Part shown: positions 19,475 to 29,682 of the stretch, piece by piece
Numbering within the stretch: the stretch's first letter is position 1
Layout: every line of letters begins with the position of its first letter
NCBI GenBank assembly: GCA_965218435.1
Contig: CBDCKW010000009.1
Span: 3,616,001 to 3,680,000 of the forward strand
Direction: 5' to 3'
DNA: 64,000 bases
Source of the DNA: Truepera sp.
Lineage (GTDB): Bacteria > Deinococcota > Deinococci > Deinococcales > Trueperaceae
Notes under the pieces: generated by a model
What the model saw: the letters and a program-made list of their open reading frames with translations, nothing else
Told to the model about the DNA's origin: nothing
Databases searched by the model: none
Program-made: the position numbers and the translations under genes

Positions 19475-20359
19475 GTGGCCACGACCGTAGACAACTTAGC
19501 CGAAACATTTTCAGCGTTTTGGGCGCTGGCACAAGACAAGCCGGTCTCTGAGCAAGTTTTACTGTGGGAAACGTACTACGCTGAACCTCACCGTAAAATC
19601 CTGAACTACGAAAAGTGCTACAACGACCTGAGCGTCCCTTGGGAGGAAGTGTTCGCTCGCTACCCGGAGGTCATTCCAAATATCCGCAGTGTTTCAGCCG
19701 GTGCTGAAGGTGCCATTACCGAGTCCGTCAAAAAATGCGCGGCTGTCCTAAATACTGCCGAACCGTCCGGGCGGCATATCGTGCTGGTCGGGCGCTTTAT
19801 CTCGAACGCTTGGGCTGACCTGTTTGAAGGCGCACCGACGTGTTTTTACGCGCTCGAGCTCATCCCTGACGTAGACACGTTGGCGCTTATGGCCGTCCAC
19901 GAAACGGCGCACACGCTGCACTTTCAGCTGAGCGATCTACCCGTTGACGGTAAGACGGTCGCAGAGACGTTGCTGCTCGAGGGCCTCGCTACCATGACCT
20001 CAGCGGTTGCCGTACCGGGGCTTAAAGATGAAGTCTATCTCTGGCCGGGGTATCCTTATACGACGGCGGGCCAAAAGGTCGAGGCGTGGTTGGCTGACTG
20101 CACGGCGCAACGATCTGAGTTGGTTCGGCAGTTGTCAGATGACCTGGACAAAACCGACTCGGCGACGCTTGGGCGTTACTTTAGTGCGGGGGCCAAAGAT
20201 CGGCGTCCCCAGACGCCAGTAAGAGCCGGTTACGCTGTCGGCTACTGGTTGGTGCGACACCTATGTCAGCACCGTCAGCACCGTAAACTGAGCGACTTGG
20301 CGCGTTGGCCGAGGGAGCGTGTAAACCGCGAAGTGAGGCGGGCACTGTGCAAAACTTAG
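19475..20359 (+). CDS. Putative Zn-dependent protease (DUF2268-like gluzincin)
   Basis: HETAH plus downstream EGLA and GYAVGY. GTG 19475 follows TAAAAT by 6 nt. Confidence 0.7.
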   Translation: MATTVDNLAETFSAFWALAQDKPVSEQVLLWETYYAEPHRKILNYEKCYNDLSVPWEEVFARYPEVIPNIRSVSAGAEGAITESVKKCAAVLNTAEPSGRHIVLVGRFISNAWADLFEGAPTCFYALELIPDVDTLALMAVHETAHTLHFQLSDLPVDGKTVAETLLLEGLATMTSAVAVPGLKDEVYLWPGYPYTTAGQKVEAWLADCTAQRSELVRQLSDDLDKTDSATLGRYFSAGAKDRRPQTPVRAGYAVGYWLVRHLCQHRQHRKLSDLARWPRERVNREVRRALCKT

Positions 20360-20428
20360 CTCACGAAAATTCCATAAGGGTCACCGGAGTAGGATTTTAT
20401 ACACCGTGCAAGCTGCGCTCGGTCACAG

Positions 20429-20476
20429 ACAAAATGACTGTAGAGCAAAACGACTGCGAAGCAAAACGACTGCGAA
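20429..20476 (+). repeat. 16-bp tandem repeat x3
   Basis: ACAAAATGACTGTAGA / GCAAAACGACTGCGAA / GCAAAACGACTGCGAA. Confidence 0.8.
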
Positions 20477-20539
20477 GTAGGTCACACCATACGAAGGTTG
20501 AGGGGCAATTTTGGCCAGCTCGTTAAACCGGTTCGGGCT

Positions 20540-21295
20540 TTATTCGTCGGGTCCCGCAGGTTCGGGGGTTTCCAACCCTGCTTGCGCCGCATCCTTGTAA
20601 TACGCGTCGATTTCTCCTGGAATATCCGCAGTTTCGTCCACGACCTTAAAGAGCTTTAGGTCTTGCTCACGAATTGTGCCGTGCTTTAACAGCGTTCCTT
20701 GAAGCCAATCGAGTAGCCCCTGCCAGTAGCTGCGACCGACTAAATAGACCGGAAACGGCAAGATTTTTTTGGTTTGAATCAGCGTCAAGGCTTCAAACAG
20801 CTCGTCAATGGTGCCAAAACCGCCCGGAAACACTACAAACGCCGACGAGTATTTGACCAGCATCACCTTACGGACAAAAAAGTAGCGAAACTTGACCTCG
20901 TCGGTCTGGTACGGGTTCGGGTCTTGCTCGAAGGGCAGATCTACATTGAGGCCGATGCTGCGCCCGCCCGCCTCATACGCGCCCTTATTGCCCGCTTCCA
21001 TCAAACCGGGGCCGCCGCCGGTAATCACTGTGTAGCCGTCCTCAGCTAAAAGTTTGGCGAGCGCCTCGGCCTGCTCGTAGTAAGGGTTGCCCGCACTGAG
21101 CCGCGCCGAGCCAAAGATAGTGACCGCTTTGGTCACGCCGCTCATCTCTTCAAAGCCCTGGACGAACTCGCCCATGATGCGGAAAAGCCGCCACGACTCG
21201 CCCGCGAGCGCGTCAATCACGTACTGCTGTTCGGGTCTGCCCACGATAGGTGTGGCTTGGCTTCTGGGGTTGTCCGGTTTTAGATCGTCAGGCAT
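20540..21295 (-). CDS. LOG-family protein (nucleotide 5'-monophosphate nucleosidase type)
   Basis: IFGSAR, ITGGGPGLM, FFVRKVM, PGGFGTIDELFE. Confidence 0.9.
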   Translation of the reverse strand: MPDDLKPDNPRSQATPIVGRPEQQYVIDALAGESWRLFRIMGEFVQGFEEMSGVTKAVTIFGSARLSAGNPYYEQAEALAKLLAEDGYTVITGGGPGLMEAGNKGAYEAGGRSIGLNVDLPFEQDPNPYQTDEVKFRYFFVRKVMLVKYSSAFVVFPGGFGTIDELFEALTLIQTKKILPFPVYLVGRSYWQGLLDWLQGTLLKHGTIREQDLKLFKVVDETADIPGEIDAYYKDAAQAGLETPEPAGPDE

Positions 21296-21337
21296 CCGCT
21301 AGTTTAACGCTTATGTGCGCGTCACGCTTATTCAAAG

Positions 21338-21964
21338 TCAATCCGCGCCGACCGGATAGCGGCGGCTCCCGACGACCGCAATAATTACCAGCAGTAGATA
21401 AAACCCGCCGACGAGCCCCGCGACGGCCCAACCGGGAACCGAGCCGATGGCGGCTTCAGTGAGTGCGCCCCGGCTGTCTTGATGTGCGAGCGTCAGTTTG
21501 CCCCACCACGCCAAGACGAGCGCGGTATAAACCCATAAATAGGTGCGCCGAAGCCGCCAGCCGAGCGCGGCAAGTTGTGACACGGGACTTTCGGGTTCGC
21601 GCAGGTCGTCAAGCAGCGTTTGCTCCCAATTTGGTTCGGGGGTGCCGCCTAACGCTTGGGCAAAAAAGCCCAGCTCGAGCAGCCGTACCCGCTGATGCGC
21701 CGTCTCATAGATACGAAACCGGCCCGCCTCGAGGTTCAAAAAAAATAGTGTCAGTACCATCGCCAAGATAAAGACCACGTGCGACACCGCCGGGTTACCG
21801 AGAGCAAACGTCACAATTCCGGCGGTTGTCACCACCGCCCAGTTCGTCGTTGTATCCAAACGCACTCGGTACGAGGTCATCCGGCCCAACTCGCCGCGGT
21901 AGAGGTGAATCAGGCTGTTCGTCTGGTTGCTGTCCCTCTGGCTTTGGCCATCATCCTGAGTCAC
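21338..21964 (-). CDS. DUF2270-family membrane protein
   Basis: LIHLYRGELGRM..YR.RLDTTTNWAV; GTG start at 21964. Confidence 0.8.
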   Translation of the reverse strand: MTQDDGQSQRDSNQTNSLIHLYRGELGRMTSYRVRLDTTTNWAVVTTAGIVTFALGNPAVSHVVFILAMVLTLFFLNLEAGRFRIYETAHQRVRLLELGFFAQALGGTPEPNWEQTLLDDLREPESPVSQLAALGWRLRRTYLWVYTALVLAWWGKLTLAHQDSRGALTEAAIGSVPGWAVAGLVGGFYLLLVIIAVVGSRRYPVGAD

Positions 21965-22030
21965 GCCTCTCAGTATGCCCCGTTTTGAGTTTTTTGGCAC
22001 GTTTGCACGGGCTTGCAGTAAAATATCCGG

Positions 22031-22474
22031 GTGAGAGACCGGACCCGTTACACCTACACCATCCGGGTTCAACCGGATGAAATTGACGAACTCGGGCATG
22101 TGAATAACACCGTGTACCTGCGTTACGCCGAAGACGTGGCGCGGGCACATTCGGACGCGCTCGGGTTGACCTTGAGCGTTTACAAATCGCTCGGCGTGGT
22201 GCCGGTGGTGCGGCGGCACACGATCACCTACTATCAGAGCGCCGTTTTAGGGGATGAAGTGAGCGTCAGCACGCACGTTGAGGCGTTTAAGGGCGCACGG
22301 GCGGGCCGGACGACGAGGCTCGAGCGTCAAGGCGGTGTGCTCCTCGCCGAAGTTGAAACCGAATGGGTGTGGATCACAGTTGAGCGCGGTCGTCCGACCA
22401 GAGTCCCGCAAAAGGTGCTCGAGGCGTTCGGCTTAGCGAACGAAGTCCATACCGGCGAGATTAAGGGTTGGTGA
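22031..22474 (+). CDS. Acyl-CoA thioesterase (hotdog fold, YbgC/4HBT-like)
   Basis: EIDELGHVNNTVYLRY. Confidence 0.88.
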   Translation: MRDRTRYTYTIRVQPDEIDELGHVNNTVYLRYAEDVARAHSDALGLTLSVYKSLGVVPVVRRHTITYYQSAVLGDEVSVSTHVEAFKGARAGRTTRLERQGGVLLAEVETEWVWITVERGRPTRVPQKVLEAFGLANEVHTGEIKGW

Positions 22475-22532
22475 AAGCTTCCTCGCAGACCGTTTGTTAA
22501 GCTGACGGCAGCCTAAACCGGGAGGTTGCCTT

Positions 22533-23192
22533 TTGCGCCGCGTTTACGTTTTGCTTTTTTTCTGCCTAACTTCGCTGAGCGCCTGTGCGCCGGTCATCTT
22601 GGGCCGTACCCCGACGCCCGCGCCGGTCGGTCAAACCGAGGTCTTTGCCGCAGCGGGGGTGCCCCTTACCCTGACACCGCTGACGTGTGGTGGTACCGCT
22701 TACGGCTCAGCGGGTTGTCTCTCGAACGGACCTATCGGCCCGGACTACTGGCCTAAAGCCGCGCCGGTTCATATCATGAGTGCTTGGGGCGTCTCTGAGG
22801 CTAGAGAAGTCAATACGACCTTTAGCCTGTCGCTTAACCCGGGGTTTCGCTACGGCGGTAAAACGCTTATCAATGAGGCTCCTAAGCTCGCCTTCGATTA
22901 CGGCGTTTCCCTTTACGCGTTTAATCTCGGCTTAGACGCCGGTTTACTCGCCAGTGTGCCCTTTGAAGGGGGTGAACTTTACGGCGCTTTGCGCGGGTTT
23001 GGTACGCTGGTCTGGTCGTATGACCCGAGTTTAGCGGCTTCGGTCACGCTCGGCACGTTGGCTTTTATCGAGGGGCGAAAAACATTTTTTGAACTGACCT
23101 TAGCAACCGGCAGTTTTAATGAGGCCGGTCCCGCAGCGGGTGTCGCACCCGTAGGGTTTACGCTGACTCCGGCGGTAGGGTTTTATTTTTAG
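22533..23192 (+). CDS. Hypothetical lipoprotein, possible outer-membrane beta-barrel
   Basis: GGAGG RBS, lipobox LSAC, amphipathic beta-strand pattern, C-terminus VGFYF; paralog of the next gene. Confidence 0.6.
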   Translation: MRRVYVLLFFCLTSLSACAPVILGRTPTPAPVGQTEVFAAAGVPLTLTPLTCGGTAYGSAGCLSNGPIGPDYWPKAAPVHIMSAWGVSEAREVNTTFSLSLNPGFRYGGKTLINEAPKLAFDYGVSLYAFNLGLDAGLLASVPFEGGELYGALRGFGTLVWSYDPSLAASVTLGTLAFIEGRKTFFELTLATGSFNEAGPAAGVAPVGFTLTPAVGFYF

Positions 23193-23243
23193 CTCTCTAG
23201 CTTTGCTTTTTAAGCTGCTATGCTGCACCTTAAGAGGGAGTTT

Positions 23244-23966
23244 ATGTCACACACTACGCGAGTTGTAGGGGTCACTATTTTGTTTTTTGCTTTAAGTGCG
23301 TGTGCGCCGGTGATGCTAGGCCGCACGCCGACACCGGCTGCTCCGGGCATGACCAAAATAAGTGCCAGCGCGAGTTATCCGGTTGGGTTGACCGAAGCAC
23401 TTACACCGGTTGAAACCGGCTTGGTCAGCTTTACTGACCCGGCCTATTTGCCCCTCCCTCTACCATTAGACCTCCGAATTGCTTACGGCAGAAGTGAAAC
23501 GCTCGAGACTAACGTCGAGCTGATGGTTTCTCCTGGGATCGAAGGTTCTGTAACGACTGGCAGTGGAGACGACTACGGGGTCTATAACTTCGGTTTACGC
23601 TACGGTGTCAAAAACCGATTTGAAGAGAGTCCTATCGAACTCGCCTATGATTTTGGCGGTTCGGTCTATCCGCTCAGCCTTACCGCCGGCCTCGACGGAG
23701 GAACCTTGGCAGCGGTACCTCTCGGTGACGCGAAACTTTACGGTGGATTGCGCGGCTTCGTCGGGATTTTTCCGGGAATCGGCGCAGCGGCGCTCACAGT
23801 GGGGGGCGAGGTTCCGCTCGAGAACGCCCAAAGTGTGATGCTCGAGCTGACCCTGCTGGTCAACCGTTACAACGGTGCTGCCTATACCCTTCCCTTAGAG
23901 CCCAACCCGCCTGTACCTCAGCCCATCGGTTTTACCCTGGTTCCGGCGGTCACCTTTAACTTTTAA
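23244..23966 (+). CDS. Hypothetical lipoprotein, possible outer-membrane beta-barrel (tandem paralog)
   Basis: GGGAG RBS, LSACAPVMLGRTPTPA, C-terminus GFTLVPAVTFNF. Confidence 0.6.
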   Translation: MSHTTRVVGVTILFFALSACAPVMLGRTPTPAAPGMTKISASASYPVGLTEALTPVETGLVSFTDPAYLPLPLPLDLRIAYGRSETLETNVELMVSPGIEGSVTTGSGDDYGVYNFGLRYGVKNRFEESPIELAYDFGGSVYPLSLTAGLDGGTLAAVPLGDAKLYGGLRGFVGIFPGIGAAALTVGGEVPLENAQSVMLELTLLVNRYNGAAYTLPLEPNPPVPQPIGFTLVPAVTFNF

Positions 23967-26263
23967 CTCCGCAAATACGCCACCGTCACGCCGTGCCCAC
24001 CTTCATAAGGCGGCGCGTCTTCATAGCGTTCGACGCGTTTTTCATTTTTGAGGTAGCTCCGCACCGCGTCGCGCAGCGTACCGGTACCTTTGCCGTGCAA
24101 GATGCGGATACGCGGCGATTTGAGGGCGTGGGCCTCGAGCACAAAGTCCCGCACCTTTTCTAAAGCCGGTTCCACCCGTTCAGCCCGGATGTTGAGTTCA
24201 TCGTCAAACCGGGTCGGGGCGGTGTAACCGGTTGGCTTTTTGGCCTTTTTGGGTTGTCCCTGCAGCTTGACGCCGCTTTTGGGCACCGTGACCTTGAGCA
24301 GTCCGAGCTGGACGACAACTTCGTTGCTGCGCACTTCGACGACCGGCCCCTTAGCTCCGTAAGATTCGACATAGACCTCGGCACCAGGCTCGAGCGCCGG
24401 TTTTTTGCGCTCTGACGGGAGCGGTATCTTCTGCGCCGCCGGGATTTTCGGTTTGACGTTGCGCCGGAGTTGTTGCAGTTCGTTGAGCGCCTGGGAACGC
24501 CCTTCGGGGCTATTCGTCGCGGTGCGTTTGAGTTCTTTGGCGCGTTGCAAGGTGTCTTGTAAGAGTTCGTCGGCTCGTTCTGCAGCGGCAGCTAAGACTT
24601 CGTTTTCACGGCTCCGCAAGGTGGCGATCTGTTCCCGCAACACAGCGGCTTCACGGGCAGCTTCGTCGCGGTCGTTCTCCAGCTGGGCTTGGCCTTGCGC
24701 CAGTTCGTCGCGCTGACGCTCCAAAGTTTGGAGGAGGGTCTCGAGCGCGGCCCCTTCCGGCCCCAAAATCTCTTGTGCCCGTAAAAGGAGTTCATCGGCA
24801 AGCCCCAACCGTTCAGCAATGGCGAGCGCGTAAGAGCGGCCCGGTTGCCCGACGACGAGTTCGAAGCGAGGAGCCAAGTTCGCCACATCGAAACTCATCG
24901 CGGCGTTTTGCACACCGGTCGTCTCCGAGGCGAAGACTTTGAGGGGCGCTAAATGTGTGTTGATGAGGCCGCGTGCGCCACTCTTGAGAATGCGCTCGAG
25001 GATCGCCCGTGACAGCGCCGCACCTTCATCCGGGTCGGTGCCGGAACCGAGTTCGTCCACCAACACCAGCACGTCCGGCGCGGCCCGCTCCGCAATCGCT
25101 TTGAGGTTTTTAAGATGCCCCGCGTAGGTACTCAGGCTCGCTTCGATGCTCTGCTCATCGCCGATGTCGGTCAGTAGCGCCGTAAAGTGCGGCAGCGTCG
25201 GCTTGTCCTCCGCTGCGACAAAAAGCCCGCTGTGCGCCATTACCGCCGCCAGCCCGAGCGTCTTAAGTAAAACGGTTTTCCCCCCGGCGTTCGGGCCGGT
25301 GACAATCAGCAGGCGGTGGTCGTCGTCTAACGCAACGGTGTTCGGCACGCAGCCTTTAATCAGCGGGTGACAGGCGCGGGTCAGCTTGACCGTGCCGTCT
25401 TTGCTGAGTGTTGGTTGCGTAAGCTGCCAGTCTCTTGCCAGCCGCGCACTCGCCGCCACCAAATCCAGCTCAGCCAAGGTTTCTAACGTCTCATCTAGTC
25501 CCGGTTCAAACGCCAACCGCTGCCCGAGCGAGATCAAGATGCGCCGCACCTCGTCGCGCTCTTCAAACTCTAAAAGTGCCAGCTCATTGTTCATCGGGAC
25601 GACCGACTGTGGTTCGACAAACACCGTTGCGCCTGAGTCCGACGTATCTAAAACGATACCGGGTACCCGCGACTGCGACGACGCCCGTACCGGAATCACG
25701 TACCGGTCGCGCCGCAAGGTGATGATGTTGTCCTGGACGAATTCAGCGTAGCGGCCCAGCAGTTCTTGCAAGCGGTCGCGGATACGGCCCCGCAGCGGAT
25801 TTAGGCGGCGGCGAATCTCGCGGAGTTTGGGCGTCGCGTCGTCGCGGACGCGCCCGTCCGGGTCGAGCTGTTCGCGCACCAGTCGCAAAGCCCCGTCAAA
25901 ACTGCCGAGCTGCCGTGCGAGTTCAGACAGTGCTGGACGCTCCGAAGCTAAGATGCTCCGTTTGATGGTGCCGGACGCGTCCATCGTGTAGGCGATCTCG
26001 AGGAGCTCGAGCCCCTCCAACACCCGCCCGTCCCGTACCCGCTCTAAGAGAGGCCGGATGTCTTGAACGCCGCCGAGTGACAAGTCAGACCCGGAGAGTG
26101 CCTCAGCCGTCCGCGTCCACGCCTGTTCGACCTCCACGCGGCTCATCTCCGGGGAGACGGCGAGCACCCGCTCTATGCCCAAGGATGAGGCGGCGCGTTC
26201 GGCTAGGGCCGCTTGGATGCGGGGGAAGTCGAGTTTTTGCAGCGTGGTGGAGGTGACGTTCAC
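23963..26263 (-). CDS. mutS2: MutS2 endonuclease/ATPase with Smr domain
   Basis: TGPNAGGKT, DIGDEQSIEASLSTY, DELGSGTDP.EG, GQPGRSYAL, Smr ILHGKGTGTLR. Confidence 0.95.
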   Translation of the reverse strand: MNVTSTTLQKLDFPRIQAALAERAASSLGIERVLAVSPEMSRVEVEQAWTRTAEALSGSDLSLGGVQDIRPLLERVRDGRVLEGLELLEIAYTMDASGTIKRSILASERPALSELARQLGSFDGALRLVREQLDPDGRVRDDATPKLREIRRRLNPLRGRIRDRLQELLGRYAEFVQDNIITLRRDRYVIPVRASSQSRVPGIVLDTSDSGATVFVEPQSVVPMNNELALLEFEERDEVRRILISLGQRLAFEPGLDETLETLAELDLVAASARLARDWQLTQPTLSKDGTVKLTRACHPLIKGCVPNTVALDDDHRLLIVTGPNAGGKTVLLKTLGLAAVMAHSGLFVAAEDKPTLPHFTALLTDIGDEQSIEASLSTYAGHLKNLKAIAERAAPDVLVLVDELGSGTDPDEGAALSRAILERILKSGARGLINTHLAPLKVFASETTGVQNAAMSFDVANLAPRFELVVGQPGRSYALAIAERLGLADELLLRAQEILGPEGAALETLLQTLERQRDELAQGQAQLENDRDEAAREAAVLREQIATLRSRENEVLAAAAERADELLQDTLQRAKELKRTATNSPEGRSQALNELQQLRRNVKPKIPAAQKIPLPSERKKPALEPGAEVYVESYGAKGPVVEVRSNEVVVQLGLLKVTVPKSGVKLQGQPKKAKKPTGYTAPTRFDDELNIRAERVEPALEKVRDFVLEAHALKSPRIRILHGKGTGTLRDAVRSYLKNEKRVERYEDAPPYEGGHGVTVAYLRS

Positions 26264-26365
26264 AAAGGTAAATTATACGGGTTTAGACGCAAGAAACTAC
26301 ACCACGAGCAAACATTGCTTATGGCCTCAAAAAAATGTTCAGTTAATAGCTTTCAGTAGGCTAAT

Positions 26366-28771
26366 ATGTTGTATATGCTTCTCAAAACCGTTTTTGTGCG
26401 CTTCTACAAATCCTTTAATTACGATTACCTCAAAAAATTTCATGGGAAAGCTAAAGCTCAACCTTGGGAGAAGGTTGATAATATGTGGTATCCCTATGTT
26501 CGTGTCCCAATTGAGAATGAAGTCACAACGATTGTGGGGGCAAATGAATCAGGCAAGTCGCATCTTTTGACGGCAATAGAAAAGGGCATATCTGGTCAGA
26601 AAATTGCTAGAGAAGACTTTTGCCGATATTCGAATTTTTTTACGGTTGAGACGGGAAAACTTAGATGGCCGGACTTCGGTTTTGAGTTCGGTACCCTTTC
26701 AGATGACGAGCAGAAGTTGGTAAAAAGCATTTGTAATACCGGAAATAGTAAGGTAATCACTAAATTTTATGTTTTTAGAAGTCAACGCCAAAAGCTGACA
26801 ATATATCTACCAAAAGGTGAAAGTGGTGATTTTTCAGAGCACGAAGTGAGTACAGAGGACGAACCTGCGTTAGAAGGTCTCTTACCTCACATCTTTCGTC
26901 TGGATGCTGAGGTTGCTATTCCTAACAGTGTTTCAATCAAAGATTTAACCAAAGCAGAAAGCAAGTCAAGAGCGGAGACAATGGGGCGTAGCCGCAGATT
27001 TGATTTCATGAATAGCTTTTACAATTCTTCAAGCCTTTTTACTTCGCAGGAGGCAGTAAAATCGAATGCGTCCGCAATTTACTCCAGCTTTTCTAAATAC
27101 TATGTAGATGATTTTGATTCAAAAGAGGCAAGCAAGAGAGAAGCAGAAATTGATCTGGCCCATAAACTCATTTGTAAAGTAGCTAACGTTGATACTGAAG
27201 CTTTAACAGAACTTTACAACGCATTACGTGACGGTAAAGAAGGGCATGCTAACGGTATTATTGAAAGCATCAATGATCGTCTAGCAGCCAGCCTCAACTT
27301 TCCTAACTGGTGGGTACAAGACCGCAACTTCCAGCTCAAAGTTTCGCCGAGAGAGTTTGACCTAGTATTTACAATTCGAGATCGGACTGAAACAGAGTAT
27401 TCTTTTTCAGAGCGGAGCAGTGGACTGCGATACTTCCTAAGCTATTTTGTCCAATACTTGGCTCACGTTCCAAGAGAAGACAAGGCAGAAGTTTTGCTTA
27501 TGGATGAACCAGACGCCTATCTTTCAAGCCAAGCTCAACAAGACCTGTTGAAAGTTTTTGAGTCATATGCTTTGCCTCAGAACAATCGGAAACCCGTTCA
27601 GGTTGTGTACGTGACACATTCTCCATTCCTGATTGACAAGAATCATGCTGAGCGCATCAGAGTTCTAGACAAAGGTGTATCTGACGAGGGTACACGGGTA
27701 GTTAAAGACGCCGCTAGAAATCACTACGAGCCTTTACGCTCAGCGTTTGGGACTTATACAGGTGAACTAACGTTTATTGGTAACAACAATCTGATGGTCG
27801 AGGGATTAGCCGATCAAATTCTAATAGCTGGTGCAACAAATTATCTGCGGGGACGTAAAAATCTTTCAGATTTAGAACTACTGGACTTGAATAGGATTAC
27901 TATCGTACCTGCCGGTTCTTCGTCGGCAATCCCATATATGGCTTACCTAGCACGTGGGCGCGACGTTGAAAAGCCAGCAGTGGTCGTCTTACTAGATAGT
28001 GACAAGGCCGGTAACGAAGCAAAGCGTAGCTTACAGAGAGGTGGACCACATGCGAAACGGATTCTCAAAGAAAATCTTGTTTTCCAGATTGGAGAATTGG
28101 ACGAGTATTTACCTAGCAATGGTTACAAGCTAGTCGAAACAGAAGATTTAATCCCTCTGGGAATTTGTGTTGTTGCTGCACAAAATTATGCTAGAGATGT
28201 TTGTCAAGTAGAGCTTAGTGAAGTCGAAAAACTGACAGTAGAAGAAATCCACAATGGAATAGCGGGAGGAAAAACAGTATTCGATGCAGTCACGGGAGGC
28301 TTTTCGAAAGCCTATGGAGATAGTTTTCATATCGAAAAAGTGGGATTCGCTAAAAGTGTAATCGATCTAGTCTTAGGTAAAGTACCAGCTTCTATAAAAA
28401 GCCAAGACGCCAAGCAGTTCGAAGAAAATTTCAAAGCACTTTTCCGGAATCTGAACCGCATCATACGTGAAGCTGAACGTGAGATGAATCAAGAGCGTGT
28501 AACTCAAAAGGTAGAACGGCTTAAGAAAGCTTTTGTACAAGACAACGGAAGCGGTGCGTTGCGCGAAAAAGCACAGTTGCTATTTGAGAATATTGAAGCG
28601 TCACTGAACGACGACGAAGAAGGAGATGCTATTAGAGCTGAACTAGCCAAGCTGCGTCGGGACTTCAATATTGACAAGGATATTACTCAGCCCATCCAGG
28701 GATTTGAAAACTTTGTAACAGGGCTGGAGAAAGTCAAGTATGCAGGGCGACTAGCAACGCAAGAAAGTTAG
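26366..28771 (+). CDS. OLD-family-like ATP-dependent nuclease (ABC ATPase + TOPRIM), stand-alone, low GC
   Basis: Walker A GANESGKS, ERSSG, Walker B LMDEPDAYL, VTHSP, TOPRIM MVEGLAD and LLDSD. Confidence 0.8.
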   Translation: MLYMLLKTVFVRFYKSFNYDYLKKFHGKAKAQPWEKVDNMWYPYVRVPIENEVTTIVGANESGKSHLLTAIEKGISGQKIAREDFCRYSNFFTVETGKLRWPDFGFEFGTLSDDEQKLVKSICNTGNSKVITKFYVFRSQRQKLTIYLPKGESGDFSEHEVSTEDEPALEGLLPHIFRLDAEVAIPNSVSIKDLTKAESKSRAETMGRSRRFDFMNSFYNSSSLFTSQEAVKSNASAIYSSFSKYYVDDFDSKEASKREAEIDLAHKLICKVANVDTEALTELYNALRDGKEGHANGIIESINDRLAASLNFPNWWVQDRNFQLKVSPREFDLVFTIRDRTETEYSFSERSSGLRYFLSYFVQYLAHVPREDKAEVLLMDEPDAYLSSQAQQDLLKVFESYALPQNNRKPVQVVYVTHSPFLIDKNHAERIRVLDKGVSDEGTRVVKDAARNHYEPLRSAFGTYTGELTFIGNNNLMVEGLADQILIAGATNYLRGRKNLSDLELLDLNRITIVPAGSSSAIPYMAYLARGRDVEKPAVVVLLDSDKAGNEAKRSLQRGGPHAKRILKENLVFQIGELDEYLPSNGYKLVETEDLIPLGICVVAAQNYARDVCQVELSEVEKLTVEEIHNGIAGGKTVFDAVTGGFSKAYGDSFHIEKVGFAKSVIDLVLGKVPASIKSQDAKQFEENFKALFRNLNRIIREAEREMNQERVTQKVERLKKAFVQDNGSGALREKAQLLFENIEASLNDDEEGDAIRAELAKLRRDFNIDKDITQPIQGFENFVTGLEKVKYAGRLATQES

Positions 28772-28998
28772 GGTTAGTCAACTCTGACAATAAGGAAACA
28801 AATTCCCATATTTTAGGGAATGCCGAACAACTATAATTTAGATGAAAAATCTCACTAGAGCCCTCAGCTGCTAAACTCGAGCCCAGGACCTAACCATGAC
28901 CGAACAAGAAATCTAGTAACGCTTCACTGACGGACTTGCTCTTCGTACTATCTTTCAACCGGCCTCAGTCCGCTACACTAAAGGCAGAGAGGTTTTCT

Positions 28999-29235
28999 AT
29001 GCGCATTGTCAAGCTAGAATCGGTTGTCCCTAAAAATCGTCAGCTGTCCCTTACGGTCCCACCAGAAATTCCCTCGGGTCCGGTTGAAGTGTTTATCCTC
29101 ACTAAAGCTGTAGACGCGCCACAAGCTTCTCTTACGGGATTTTTGGACGCGCTCACCTCAGAGCCCGTGTCGGCTCGGAGCGCCGAAGCTATAGAAGCAG
29201 ACGTTACTGCCAAGCGTAGTGCCTGGGATGAATGA
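28999..29235 (+). CDS. Putative antitoxin (VapB partner)
   Basis: 78-aa gene overlapping the PIN gene (ATGA), GAGG RBS. Confidence 0.65.
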   Translation: MRIVKLESVVPKNRQLSLTVPPEIPSGPVEVFILTKAVDAPQASLTGFLDALTSEPVSARSAEAIEADVTAKRSAWDE

Positions 29236-29621
29236 TCTGTCTGGACAGCTGCGTCGTCATCTACCTCGTTGAAAAGCATCCGCTGTTTTACAGACCGCTT
29301 GACCGGCAATTTAGAGAGCACACTTCTATGGGGTTCGCTATATCTCCTCTAGCGGTGTTGGAGTGTTTGGTAGGACCACTTAAACGAGAAGACGCTACCT
29401 TACAAGCTCGTTTTGAGGGCTTCTTTGCGGTAGTGGCGCAGTTACCTAACGATGAGGCTGTTTTTCGCGAGGCTGCGGAGTTGCGAGCGCATCTTGGAGT
29501 CAAAACGCCTGACGCTTTGCACCTTGCTACGGCAGAACGTTATGGTTGCATACAGTTTTGGACTAATGATGATCGTTTGGCTAAAGCTTCGCCTTTAGCT
29601 GAAAATGTACTCAGGTCGTAA
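29232..29621 (+). CDS. vapC: PIN-domain toxin (VapC family)
   Basis: LDSCVVIY, E at VLECLVGP, KTPDALHLATA, WTNDDRL. Confidence 0.9.
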   Translation: MICLDSCVVIYLVEKHPLFYRPLDRQFREHTSMGFAISPLAVLECLVGPLKREDATLQARFEGFFAVVAQLPNDEAVFREAAELRAHLGVKTPDALHLATAERYGCIQFWTNDDRLAKASPLAENVLRS

Positions 29622-29682
29622 TCTGCTCTATCTTTCACTTCGCTTAGCGGTCTCAGCCTCTATAGGTTTTGGTCTCGAGCCC

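Noticed and set aside
28896..28916. Micro-ORF MTEQEI after the OLD gene
   Set aside because: Six codons with a weak RBS; could be a gene stub but cannot be supported
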